Shown here piece after piece: positions 25,650 through 38,122 of a DNA stretch of 64,000 nucleotides. Under the pieces are notes generated by a model. That model was given only the letters and a program-made list of their open reading frames with translations, did not search any database and was not told the origin of the DNA. Origin of the DNA: Squalus acanthias (Eukaryota); contig CM059425.1 in assembly GCA_030390025.1 (NCBI GenBank), positions 163,930,001 through 163,994,000 of the forward strand, read 5' to 3'. A program made the translations under genes and the position numbers. Every line of letters starts with the position of its first letter. Within the stretch, counting starts at the first letter, position 1.

Positions 25650-26421
25650 GGGGCAGAAATTCGGCTGTTGTCGGGTGAGTACACATTGTGTACTCACCCG
25701 TGGATGGAACGAAAGTGCCGGTTTCTTGCATGCACTACGCATGCGCGGGAAACAGGCACTTCCGTTCCCGAGGAAAGGGGTTCAGAGGTCGAACGCGCAC
25801 GCCGGAGGGCCAGCGCGTTCGCCTCGCACTTCGGATTTTTAAATTTTTTTTAAAACAGGTTCCTCCGTGAAGGTAAGCACGGAGAAGATACACTTTTAAA
25901 AAGGATGCGCAAGGCCTTCTTTTAACAAGGTAAGTGTTGATTTTATTAAAATTTAAACATTTTTTTCATAGATTTATCTTTTTTAATTACTTTAAAGAAA
26001 GGTAAGTTTAGTTTTAGCCCCGTTAAAAAAGTAATTAATTTTTTCAAAAATTTAAATTGTTTAAAATAGTTAATTAATGTAATTTATAGTTATTTTAAAA
26101 ATGTGATTTAAAAAATTTTTTTTTGTTGTAGTTTTAGGGATGTTTTGGGGCCGATCTGTATTCATAGATTTGACAGGTCTTCCTGTCAAATCTATGAATG
26201 AAAGATGGTCTGCTGCCATTGGCTCTCCATGGCCCACGTGATCCCAGGGGACGCATCGCACTAACTACGCCCCTGGGATACACAAGCACTGCGCGCCGGC
26301 AGCTGCAGGAGGCCCAGGAGCCGAAGTCCCCGTGGGCCCAGAGGTCAACGGCAGGCGCAGTAGGTAGGTGCGCGCAGGATCCTTGCACCCGCGGGAAGCC
26401 AGGGAGCCGAATTTCTGGCCC
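25650..26421. mobile_element. Harbinger-type MITE (772 bp) with AT-rich centre
   Basis: TIRs GGGGCAGAAATTCGGC and GCCGAATTTCTGGCCC (15/16); flanks ATT/AAT; homologous to 52054-52694 in the opposite orientation. Confidence 0.88.
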
Positions 26422-27046
26422 AATGAATTATCGCCTGAATGAGCAATGCAATGCAGCAAAAAAAAAAACTGGTGTTCAAGTTATTAATTTAAAAGTGCCT
26501 TCCATCAAGTTTCAAAGCTACACCATTTCTTAAACCTGAAATTAACCTCCTCAAAACCACTTACATTTTCCGACGTAGTTCCTCAAATACCATCTAGTTT
26601 TAACTTTTGTTGCGCTCCTGCTTTATTCTAACCAATAACACAAAGATACTCACACAATTCTCAAATAAATTGCAGTGCATTTTTTCAGTTAATTGTACAA
26701 TTTTTGACTGTGGTTATAATGTTTTATGAAGATGCTTTCCCCTTATGTCACTAGATTGTTTGTGATGTCTAACATCTGATCTAGTACTTCTAACTGACTG
26801 CTTTGTGGAACGAACGAGTTTGCTGGCTGGCTACAGGATTTCAATGACAGCATGCTAGGATTCCAGTGGTCCTCAGCCTGCTTGTAATATCCATTGTGAT
26901 GGCCCAGCATTTGTTAGTCACGTCCATTACTGCTGTGGTGCTTTGGCAGGAGGGTGGGAAAAGTGAGCCTTTGTTTCACTGGCCTAGAAATTGGTTTCAG
27001 GCTGTTTTTGAATGCAGCATGGTTGGCTCCACCCCAGAAGCCAGAG

Positions 27047-30000
27047 TGTAAAAGTCAGATAGGCAGGTATTGGGGATAGAGTACTAGTCCACGCACACAC
27101 CTTACTGTGCATCCCTTCGATAAGCTCACCACCCTTCCTCAGCCTACTCCCATTTATATATGAGAGCAAGAGAGTCCCCAATTAAATCCCACCACCTGCA
27201 TACAATGAACACTCAATTCCTATAAACCACAAGCACAATTAAAAGATTCCCCTCTTTTCTTAAAAATATATATACATACACACACACAATTTCAAATTAA
27301 AGACTTCATCCTCTACGTAAAGTATCACATTGTGAGACAACCCCTTCTCCAGGATCTCTAACAATTTCTGTGTATATGCAGTTTTTTTCGTAAAACAATC
27401 CGATAGTTGATGGCTTGAATCTACCCATTTAATTAGATTTCCTTATTCTCCAGCATTTGTTTCAAGCCAGCAAGGTCAATCCATAATTTCTCACATTTTT
27501 CGTAGAGTGTACATTATCCCAGAATGAACGATTGTCTGTATAACATTCAATGGGTATACTATCTTCCGTACTCCCTTTGTACAGGACGTTATTCAAAATA
27601 TTTGCCAAATAGAATCCCATATCCACTGCCTCCACAAGAGCAAATGTTTCAGCAGCCAGTACTTTTCACAACCCTTTTTATTTTCTTAGATTCCCAAGCT
27701 AAAGGCCAACATTTCCCATTCTCACCCATAAGAAACACTATGAAGCCAGCTGCACTAGAATACCCATAAGATTAGCATGTGAAGTATCAGTAAAAAATAA
27801 CTATCTTCATCTTCTTTGGGTCACTTAAGTGCACATTTATCCAAATTTAATTTTCTTAATGTTTTATTTGCTCTTAAAACATTCTCTATTGGTGGGATGT
27901 TTCATTGAAGTACTTAACTCCAACACATCAAAACTACCATCTGGCCAGTCAAGCTTCACAATTGCTCGGTCTCTTTATAACATCACCATTCTGTGATGAT
28001 CTAGTACGATCAACATAAATGGGAGTAACACTCTCTAGATAGGACTGCTGATTTAAAGGTATACCAAACCTACCTTGCTTGATATCTAAACTAATATATT
28101 TAAAAGCCCCACAGGCCAGATTCCCAATTTTAAATTCTCCTCTAATCTTATTACTGATGACTCTCAAATTCCACAGTACCATCCCATAAGAAATCATCAA
28201 CATGCATCATGAAGATGCCTGAAAGTTTTCCTTTATGGTACCAATAAAACATTGCAGGATCTGATTTTCGTTGAACACAACCTATTTTCAGCAAAACAGA
28301 TCTCACCAAAAAATACCATATCCTGGAAGCATCATTCAGGCCATAGACACATTTGTTTAATTTCCATAGTTTTCCTTCTGCATCTGTTGCCTCTTTAGGC
28401 AGTTTCAGAAACACTTCATGAAAAGTATCGCCCTGCAGAAATACAGCTTTTATGTCAATTGACCTACACTCCCATGAATATGCAGCCAAAAGAGCCAAAA
28501 AGATGTTTAAGATTACTTTTCCAGCAGTGGGAGAGTCCACTCTAACATCTGTATCACCCAGTTTCTCTTCAAAACCCCTAGCTACCAACCTCGCTTTAAC
28601 CTTACAAGTTCCACCTGCAAGGACTTTCAGTACAAACCCATCTATGCGACAAAGCTGGTTGACCCTTATCTGGTACCTCAGAATAAACTCCAAATTCTTT
28701 CCAACTATCTAACTCCTTGCTTTGCCTCTCATTCATTTATCCTCAAGTTTATTGGCAGCCACCAAAACCTCACGATCATGAGGACTTCTACTTCTCCTGT
28801 TACGTGCCTGTTCTGTGGTCTTTGTTTCTTCGTCTGATCTATTCAAACTATGGCCTCTACTTCCACTTCTGTGTCTGCAGGGACTCCTGTGAGATCTCCC
28901 TCTTGCACTATCATAGGCTCTTTCTCTAGTTAGTGATCGTTTTTTGATGCAAGAGTTACTTTTGGACTCCCTATCACTACTTGTACTGCGCTCTTACTTT
29001 CCACTCTTCTCACCCCATTCTGCCAGTCCATGGACCTTGCTTCTTGGCCATCATCCTAAACATTCAACCAAAAATTTAAACCTACCTGTAGTTTTTCCTG
29101 CACATCCCAAAATTGTTGCATCGCTCCATTCATTAGTACCTTCTGGAACATATGTCACCAGTGTACCCACTCTGGGCAACTGCTCTGTGGATGCAATAGC
29201 TGTCATGTGTCATGATCACTCATCACCACTGTCCAGCCCTTGATCCACCTCATTCTGTTCCTCAGGACCCTCATCAAAAAAGTCATGAACATTTGAGGTA
29301 CAAGGTATCTCATTTACATCAGTCAATTGCTCAGAGTTTGAGATTTTATAATTAATTCCAATTAATCATGAGGAATCAACCTTAACAGTTTGATTACCAT
29401 GTTTGACAAGTACTCTTACCATCACAACCTATTACCTTTCCATTCCCTATGACTCTTATAGTGTAATAAATCTCCTGAATTGAACTCTGTCTCAGACGGT
29501 CTAATACGATGCCCCAGTGCTCTGCAAATTTTCTCTGATACCTCCGCCTTGATAAAAGCCTATCTCCCTGCATGCAAAGCATTTAAATGCTCAGAAAAAA
29601 AATGGCACTAATTGTAGTACCTTCTAGAGCAGGAGGATTATCACAGAACAGAGGGTAATTTTGGGTTGGGCCCACAGACTAGTTGGTAAGGACTGTATCC
29701 TCCAACCATCTGAAGGAAATTTTTTGCGCTAACTGCCTATGCAAGGGCAGTTGACAATTTACACTCTGGTCTATCAGCCAAAATTTTTCGCACCATGTCA
29801 TCAATCACAGCATGATTCCTTTCACAAATACCATTGCTAAAAGGGCTCTTAGCTGCTGTATTCATGAAAATTATATTCACATCTCTGGACACCGCATTAG
29901 CAAATTCACCTCCATTATCGGTCATAAACTTTGCTGGTGTCCCAAGTCCAGACCCTATCCATTTTTCCATAATTTTTTTTTAATCTTAACCTTTTTCTCC

Positions 30001-33000
30001 TTACTATATTAGTGTAGAAATACTAAATCTCATAGCCAGGTCAGTACAATGCAAGATGAAAACATTTCTGTCTTTATCCCATACCTTTCGATCCATGGCA
30101 ACGGCCTTGTCAGTCACGTGCCAATGGAATACTTACAATAGGATGTGGTGGCGTCCTTCTATACTTCTTTCAAATTTCACAGCTCACTAATCTCTATTAT
30201 CCTCATATACTCATCAACTGCACCTGCATCTTTTAGCAGGAGTTTTAAACATTGACAAGTAGGGTGGGCAAATTGCCAATGTAATTTTAAGACAATTTGT
30301 TTTTTTTCCCTCTTATCCTTATCACCTGATGCCATTAATATTTGCCCAACACTCTGATGAGAAACATTAGGTTTTGTTAAGGCAATTCAATAATGTCTGG
30401 ACTGGGTAAACTGCAGATCAACCGATTTCCCCAAAATAATTACCTTATCGTGTTCCATGTCAAGTTTCATTTGTGCCTTTTTCCATGGAAGGTTTACTCA
30501 AAAGCAAAGGTATCTCACTGGAGGCTACATCTGTACTTGTAAAATAGCTCGAGTAAGCCATTTTATATGGAATTACCACTCTCGAGTGATCTCAAGGTGT
30601 TGTCATCACCAAACCTAAAGCATGCAGTACTTTTATATTCCTTCACCTTGCATCAATCAAAACTATTTAGTGAATCAAGATAACATTTTAACCAATCTAC
30701 CCACATACTGTTGAAGTACATGCACAATCTAATACCTCACAATTGAAAGGAGTCCATGACTAATACATTCATCACCGGGTTAAAACTCCTCGTCACCAGT
30801 ATAATCTGCTCATAGCCCTTATTATCTTCACCTTCTTCCTCAGTGCTACTTTCTGCATGGATCATCTCAAATACCCTGCGTCTTCATTCTGGGCAATTCG
30901 CTGTATAATGGTACTTAGGCCTCAATTTTAATGGAGGAGGCAGGATGGAGTTGGGTTGCAGACCCGCTGCCGGTTTCAGCTGCTCCGTGTCCCATTTTGA
31001 CTTAATTTGACCAATTAGTCACATCGTGCGCACTGCCTGCTGCAATGAGTCGCAGCAGGTCTGTTGGTCTGCACTGATGAGGTCTTCGCTGCACTTGTTT
31101 TTAAGGGCTCCATGTAGCCTCAGCACCTCATTTCTCACTGCTGCTGCTGCTGGAAAGGGCCAAGATCACCTTGCGTGCTGCCACAGGCAAGAAGGCTGCT
31201 CCTAGATTCAATGACTCCTCCCTGCAAGCTCTTGGAGGGCGTAGGGGCATTCTGTTCCCTGCCGATGGCCGCAGGAAGCCTCCTCAACAGACGAATGCAG
31301 CCTGGCTGGAGATAGCCGGGGAAGTCAGCGCAAGGTCGATGTGTGGACACACCTGGCTCCAGTGCTGCAAAAACTTCAATGATCTTGTCCGAACATCAAA
31401 AGTGAGTATCACATCACACTGACCTTCACTCTGCTTCCCTTCTCTTCTCAGCACCAGCACTCCGCTTTGTCAGCCTGCTCCTCCACATCCCACCTTACCC
31501 TTACTTCCCTTGCACCCTTACCTCTCTATCTCGCACCATCCTGCTATGCAGCCCTCCCACAGTTATGCAATGACAACAACTAAATGTACAGGGAGGCTCC
31601 TTCCTCTTGCCACTTCACTCCATCTTGGCCTCCCTCTAAGATTCAACCTTATGGATTCTTCACACTCACTCCATCACTCTCGTTGATACTCCACTTGTGT
31701 CCCTCCTTGCAGGAAAAGATAGCCCACAATAAGCGGGAGAGAGCCAAGACAGGAGGAGGCACATCATCACTCGCCACATTAACTCACGCTGAGGAGGCTG
31801 CTCGCGACATCATGGGAGGTGGCGAGCAGCTGGAAGTGGGGTCGGAGAGACAGGTGCACTAGAGGAAGCTGGTGACAGAATGCATTTTCATCCCTCGCTT
31901 TTACAATTCCGGATTGACTGCAATGGCATATGTTGCTCAGAGATTGCCATCTGATCATCTGCACAATAGGATGTGTCAGCTACCTCCAAATCTGATGTCT
32001 AACTTATGCCTTTACTCTCCCACAGGACCATCAAGAGCCCCCCTCCCCACTGTCCAGGAGGAAGAGCCAGATGAATCCTCAGAGGAACCTGGAGCCTTAG
32101 GGGGAGCAGCATCACCAGGACTCAGCGCACCCAGCACCAGTGCAGATACGCACATCTCGGTGGGTTCTTCGCGACATAGAGAAGTGTTGTCACCTGGTGT
32201 ATCACAGCTCACAAGTGAGCATCAGCAGATGCTGGAGACAGCGACAGCAGTGGAGAGTCCTTGTCAGAGGTCGCAGGACTCTCCTAGCTCAGCTGAGCTG
32301 CATGTAGACGCTGTGCCTCTGGGGTCATCCAGAAAGAGAGCGGTGCTGGAACTCCAGGAACAAGTCTGCAATGTTGTGCCGGGCACAGCAGACCACGATG
32401 ATTCTGGACACCCTGGCTGGAGCATATTGCAGGGCTCCACCAGACCTGTCCAGGCATCGGAAACGCTTTGAGCAGGCCGATGGTTTGCTTGATGATGCTT
32501 CTGGTGGATAAGTGACTCAGATTGTAGCCTCCTCATCGGTGTCATAAGCCACTTTTTCAGGGGCTAGCCCTCGTCGCCAAGTAGCCATCCGCAAAGTTGG
32601 TTTGGCAGATGGAAGAACTGAGGCACAGTAGACTGGGGCAGGATGAAGGAGTCATGGCAACTGCCAGGGTACTTAGTGCAAACATGCATTATGATCTTCC
32701 TATGGTTACACACCAGTTGGACGTTAAGGGAGTGGAAGCCCTTGTGGTTGACAAATACAGCTGGGTTGTGATAGGGGGCCCTAATGGCAACATGTGTGCA
32801 GTCTATGACACCCTGCACCATTGGCAAGCCTGCCATATTGGCAAAGCCAACCACGCGCGGTCACACTTGGGCCATCTGTGGAAAAGTGGGTGTAATTGTG
32901 GGCCTTTGCAAAGAGGGCATCGGTGACCTGCGTGATGCAGGTGTGTGCGGCTGACTGGGAGATGCCACTGATGTCTGCAACTGATCCCTGGAAGGAGCCC

Positions 33001-34811
33001 GAAGCAAAGAAGTTGAGTGCGGTGGTGACTTTGACAGCCACTGGTAAGGAGTGGCCACCCGCTCCTCTGGGCTCCAGGTGTTGGTGCAGCATTGCACAGA
33101 TGTCAGCGACTACCTCTCTCGAAAGTCTCAGCCTCCTTTGGCACTGCTGCTCACTCATGCTGAGGAAGCTGATCCTCTGCCTGTAAACCCTGTGTTGGGG
33201 GGATCTCCTGCAGCAAGGTGCAGCCCTGTGCTGAGGCCCTCCGCCCTGTGCAGCATCAGGTGGGCGAGGAGGAGGTTGGTGCTGGTGCTGCTCTTCCTCC
33301 GAATCGGACAACCAGGATGAGAGGATATAAATGGTACCCATACCGTTGCTATAGATTTCAGTTGAGGCAAGAAGCTTGCAAGCGCACACTCAAAGTGGCT
33401 TGAGATTATTCCAATTAGGTCACACTGCAGATGGCTGTCAGCTTAAACAGTCACAAGGTCAGTAGAGTTGCAAAATCTTATCCCAAACCGCCAACAACAA
33501 AGTTGTGACATTTGAATGTCAGCCATGTTGCAGGAGCGCTTTTAAGCAGCTGCAGCAAATGACAACAAATCATGTCCGAGAAACCCAACTCAATGCAGCT
33601 GGCGTGTTTCTCAGAAGATGGGAAACAGGAGCCAACAGCACCAAAATCAGAATCGCAGATTAAAATAGGATTAGCAAGGCACTTAACAAACTGTTAACTG
33701 CTTTAACTGCCATTTGGCATCAGGTCAGTTCAGGACCAGCTGACCCAACACTTACAAAATTAGCATGGAGGCAGGTTCGCAGCCAACCGCTAATTATTTC
33801 CTGATTTTCGCTGCCAACCCACCTCCAAACCCACCCTCTGAGGTCCATTAAAATAGAGACCTTAGAGTCACACCTGAAACATCTGTTGACTTTTCCTTGG
33901 GCATTCCTGGAATTCATTCTCTCAATTGCATTCCCAATTTCATCATCTGTTGACAACAAGGGTTTTCTGTACATGATTTCCTCATCATTCTGTCTGTCTT
34001 TAATCCTTCCATTCCATTGACACCTGCATCCGGTATCTGGAATATTTCAAAACCTGGTGACTATTAAATCTTCAATTTCCATGTCACAGCAGAATGTCTC
34101 CTTTGTTCCACAAAGGCTGAAGGGAATGATTGTTTCCCTAGGAATATTTTTAAGGCAGCAGACATCTGATCCATCACAGTCTCCTTTTCCAAGAACTGGA
34201 CACCAGTTAGAACCAGTTGCTTGTCCAAATGAGACACCTTAGCACAATCTAGTAATTTAAACACTAGTACCGATCAAGGGATTCCCGAATTAAACTTTGT
34301 CCAATTTGTTAAAGTCCATTGAATAACCATCCATTTTCCAAAAGCTATCAAATTCTGATCAGGCCTCATAGGCACTGAACAGGTCATCTTTCTTGTCGAT
34401 TTTATCCATGAGTTCTATTCGAAAGTCCAAACCTTCATCACTATCCAACCAAGTTAAATCTGTCTCAGAAAATACCTTACTTCTGATTTTACTTCATTCA
34501 GGAAGCAACAGCATCAAGGCTATGCCTTGTTTTCTCCTTGGTAGAGTAATAGCCAGTGTCCATACCTCAACCTCATACTTCCACTGGTTATATGGTTCAG
34601 ACAGCAAGAACATCATAGGGTAGTCATACCTCAATGATTTTAACTTACTTTCTGCCATTTTCCACAACAGCCACAAGGTTTTCAAGTTTTACATCCAAAA
34701 TAAAATCCTAGTTTCCAACCTCCATCTTTAATCAACCATGTAAAAGTCAGATAGCCAGGTGTTGGAGGATACAGTACTTAGCCTTTAGTCACACACACAC
34801 ACACACACACC
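27047..34811 (-). mobile_element. Degenerate Ty1/copia LTR retrotransposon (GalEa-like by inference)
   Basis: Order gag (34658; knuckle CFRCDSKYHYTANC), protease (VLDCACTST, about 30720), integrase (TDNGGEF, SNGICERNH), RT (KARLVARGFEE, YGLNDASR, HVDDF). LTR copies both start TGTAAAAGTCAGATAG on + (27047 and 34739); polypurine tract at about 27245-27261; the 5' LTR is truncated after a (CA)n tract. Confidence 0.88.
30918..33861. mobile_element. Internally deleted PIF/Harbinger element inserted in the copia gag zinc knuckle
   Basis: TIRs GGCCTCAATTTTAATGGA and TCCATTAAAATAGAGACC (16/18); TSD TTA/TTA; Myb-like exons on + (31171-32365); frameshifted transposase on - (GVIDCTH, LLGDEG; about 33341-32367). 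The 3' ends of both genes are lost at a shared junction. Confidence 0.92.
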
Positions 34812-34812
34812 C

Positions 34813-35337
34813 CGTGGCTCCAGAGGCAGCTTGCCGGTATTTGATCTCCAATTTGGACTGGCTGCCTTGCCAGCAGTGGCCCTCAGGTTAGTCCTGGGAA
34901 GGGAAGGATGGGAGGAGGGCTAACATGGGCCAGCAGCAGACCGCAGTAGTGCTGTGGAACTGAGAGTAAAAACGGGCGCAGTAGGGTCCAATTTCTAGGC
35001 CACTGAATCTGTAACTCACTCCTTCGAGCAGAGGTTCCATGTGGCCAATGCTTTCCTCCCACTAGTAGGTTCCATTGTTTGGGGAAATTGCTGTGTTAAA
35101 ATTAACCTGGGCTTGCCTGTATATCATGGGATCAAATGGCTTGTTTATTGCACTTAAAAAATGTCAGTATTATTGATGCTGCCACTGTATTGAATGGCCC
35201 TCTGTGTTCTCTTTTGGTGTGTTGTTTAAACAAATCGACTGTAAATTAATAAAACTTTAAATAATACTTAACAAATTAAATTAAAATTGAATTGGCCGGG
35301 GTGATGATGCACTCCAGTCCCCGCGGTGCCCACCAGT
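34813..35337 (+). repeat. 525-bp direct repeat, copy 1 (copy 2 at 46644-47168)
   Basis: Constant offset of 11831 bp, no indels, about 6 substitutions by eye. Confidence 0.95.
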
Positions 35338-36005
35338 AGGGAGAGAGGGTGAGGAGAGGTGCTGCTGAAGAGAGAGGGAGAGTGTGTAGTGTGTCTCTCT
35401 CTGAGAGGAGGGGGTGCCTGCGCCTACGACAGAGGTGCCTGGAGAGAGGACGGAGAGAGAGAGAAGGAAAGAACATCAGAGGGGAGCATTCAAACAACTG
35501 CCTCCCCTACCATTCATTGCTCTCCATATTGAGAGAGGGAGAGAGGGGAGAAAAAGATCACCAACAATTCCATCTGCTTGGAAGGAGGGAGAGCCAGTCT
35601 GCAATCAACAGGTGGGTGGTTCTGGTGCACTCTCCATAAAAGACTTTGGGGTAGAAATTAGGTCGCGCCTCATTTGGGGCGCAAATATCGTCTGGACGCA
35701 AATATTAGCGCCTGGCGCTAATTATCGGCACTAACTGGAAACTTCACTTTTACCGCCCCGGGAGGTGAGTGGAGCGCTAAATCAGGCGCTGCACACCTGT
35801 CTTAAGGCGCAAAGGCCAAGGAGTGAGGCGCTAACTCAGCGCGCGAGCGCAGCGCAGCTGCTGCCAGTTAGCGAGGGAACACAGACACACTGGCGCCGGC
35901 CACTTCTTAAAGCGGGGGGGGCCACTTGCTCCCCAGCCACACCCTGCTCATTGCAGCCTTGAATCTCAGCCTGGAGAGACCTGTGAATCCATTTTGCTGC
36001 CAAGC

Positions 36006-37828
36006 ATGGAGAGGGTGAGAGAATGCGCTCATCGCTTCACCGAGCGGGCCTTGGATGCTCTGGTTGGCGCAGTGGAGCGCAGACGATGTATGCTGTTCCC
36101 TGAGAGTGGCAGGAGGCCTTTGCCACGCGAGTTCAGAAGAGTGTGGAGGGAGGTGGCTCAGAGCGTCTCCTCCAGGAGCATGGTGCCCAGGACCCATACT
36201 CAATGCCGCAAAAAGTTCAACGACCTCACTCGGGTCGTCAGGATGAGTGGCTTTTTCTCAATACCTCTCCATCCCTCCATCTCAACCTCACTCTATGGCC
36301 AGAGGGTCTTAAAACCCCAATGCACAACACTCATCCAACACCTATGGCCCTTTCATCAAACACACACACACATTCCACACTTTGCATACAGTAAGGGCTA
36401 TTCACCTATGGGAGGCACATCAGGCAAGACCATGGCTGCATACAGTAAGGGCTATTCACCTATGGGAGGCACATCAGGCAAGACCATGGCTGTATATTTA
36501 CTCAGATGCTGTCCTTTTTCTTGCAGGCTAAGCTGGCTCATAATAGGAGACAGCAGCAACGGACAGGTGGAGGGCGGCCTCAGCTGCAACCCCTCAGCGA
36601 TCTGGAGGAGCGCGTCCACAGGATTGTGGCAAGCCGGGTGATCGGTCCCGTCGCCACTGGAGACGCCGACCCCGTTCTGGACAGCAATGGTAAGGTCATC
36701 ACCTTTTTGTCCTCTGTCCTTCCACTTGTCCCTCACAACACCAGCCTTTGACACTTTCAATCCAACTTGCTAACTCGCTGCACTTATTCCTCCCTTACTG
36801 CCACCCTGTCCTCACGCTAAAGCCACTCTTGTACCTCCCTGCTTTCAGATGGTGATTCACCAGCTGAGGAGACGGGCCCTGAAGCTGCCACTGGGAGTGA
36901 TGCTGCAGCTGAGGAGGAAGAGGAAGCCAGAGCATCAGTGCCACCCTCTCCCGAGGAAGCCCATGCCCACACTGGGAACACGCCTTCCCCGGAGGGGAGC
37001 AGGGGGGAAGGGGCTGATGAGGGTGAAGCTCCAGGACCCAGCGGGCTGCAGCAACGCCATGGGGCGGGTAGGGAAGAACGGGGGCCTTCTCCCCAGAGGG
37101 AGAGTATGCCAGACACTCCTACTGCAATGGACGCAGAGGAGGAGCGGCTGATTGCAGAAATGAACACCCAGGCGGTGGGCATGCACACTGAGCTCATGGG
37201 TGCAGTGGGAAGGGTGCCCGAATGCATTGAGTCACTGGCAAGGAGTGTGGAGCACTTCGCTGTAGCACAGGCGGATGCCACACTAATGCTTAGTGCTGCA
37301 ATTCAGTCACTGGCTGCCGTGATCCCATCTCTGACTGCTCTCATACAGACTCAGTTTGAGGCCATGCGAGCACAGACTGCTGCCAACCTCGATGGTTCGT
37401 GCACATGTCCCCGGGGCTGTCACCGCGCCGCAGCAGGCCAGCAATCTGTTCTCCGGCAGATTGCTCCGGATGCTGAAGTGCTGCCCCGTGGGAGTGCCAG
37501 TGTGTCGGGCGAGCAGGGAGTTGCTGTCCTCTCTCACGATGACAGCATTCCTGCTGCCAACACTGTCACTTCTCCACTGCACTTGCCACCGCCTGTAGGA
37601 CAGACTGCTGCCGCCCATGCAGAGTTGGTGCAGTCTGCAGCCGGGCCCTCCTGGCCCAGAAGTGGGCGAGGCCGTCCTTCAGGGGCATCTGCAGTGTCAG
37701 GGTCTGACGAGCAGCAGCCTTCCACCAGCCTTGCTGCAGCCACTGAGGTCCCATTACGGAGGAGCAGTAGGGTTAGAAGGGGGGAAGTGCGCAAGGGAAG
37801 GAGATCACCCTCGAAGGGCAAAAAGTAG
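36006..37828 (+). CDS. Harbinger Myb/SANT-like DNA-binding protein; predicted exons 36006-36242, 36527-36689, 36849-37828 (459 aa); intron-1 donor mutated
   Basis: Trihelix motifs RFTERALDALV, W..VA and RTHTQCRKKFNDL; acceptors TTGCAG and TTTCAG; donor GTAAGG; exon phases are compatible. The first donor reads ATGAGT where sister copies have GTGAGT. Confidence 0.8.
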
Positions 37829-38122
37829 GAGGTGTGACAAAATGCTGGTCATTTTTTTATTAAAGGCCGAGGTTCATGGTCCAACTTTTGTTTAGTGTTT
37901 TGGACATTATCTCCAGGTTGTGAGAACCAGTTATGTTATTGACTGTTTTTTTGTGTTTATTTCTATGAGTTTGTCATGAGGAATTGACACACACAGAGTT
38001 TGTAAAATAAATAAGTTTCTGTATTCAAAATATACATGGCTGGTGGTTGGAATTATTGGTGACTTGGCCGGCTTAGGGGTTGCGTGCTGGGTTGATTAAT
38101 GTTGGTAGCAATGGCAGGGGCC

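Larger units (their letters stand above)
26981..35001. mobile_element. Harbinger-type MITE split by the copia element; its right part is duplicated at 46644-46832
   Basis: Perfect 14-bp TIR GGCCTAGAAATTGG (26981-26994) and CCAATTTCTAGGCC (34988-35001, again 46819-46832); TSD ACT/ACT. Confidence 0.82.

Noticed and set aside
34821..34825. CAGAG as the right TSD of the copia element (matches 27042-27046)
   Set aside because: It is not preceded by LTR terminal sequence and lies inside MITE sequence that is continuous in copy 2; probably coincidental.
36383..36490. CRISPR-like or coding repeat (AYSKGYSPMGGTSGKTMA twice)
   Set aside because: A simple two-copy 54-bp tandem duplication without spacers, inside a predicted intron.
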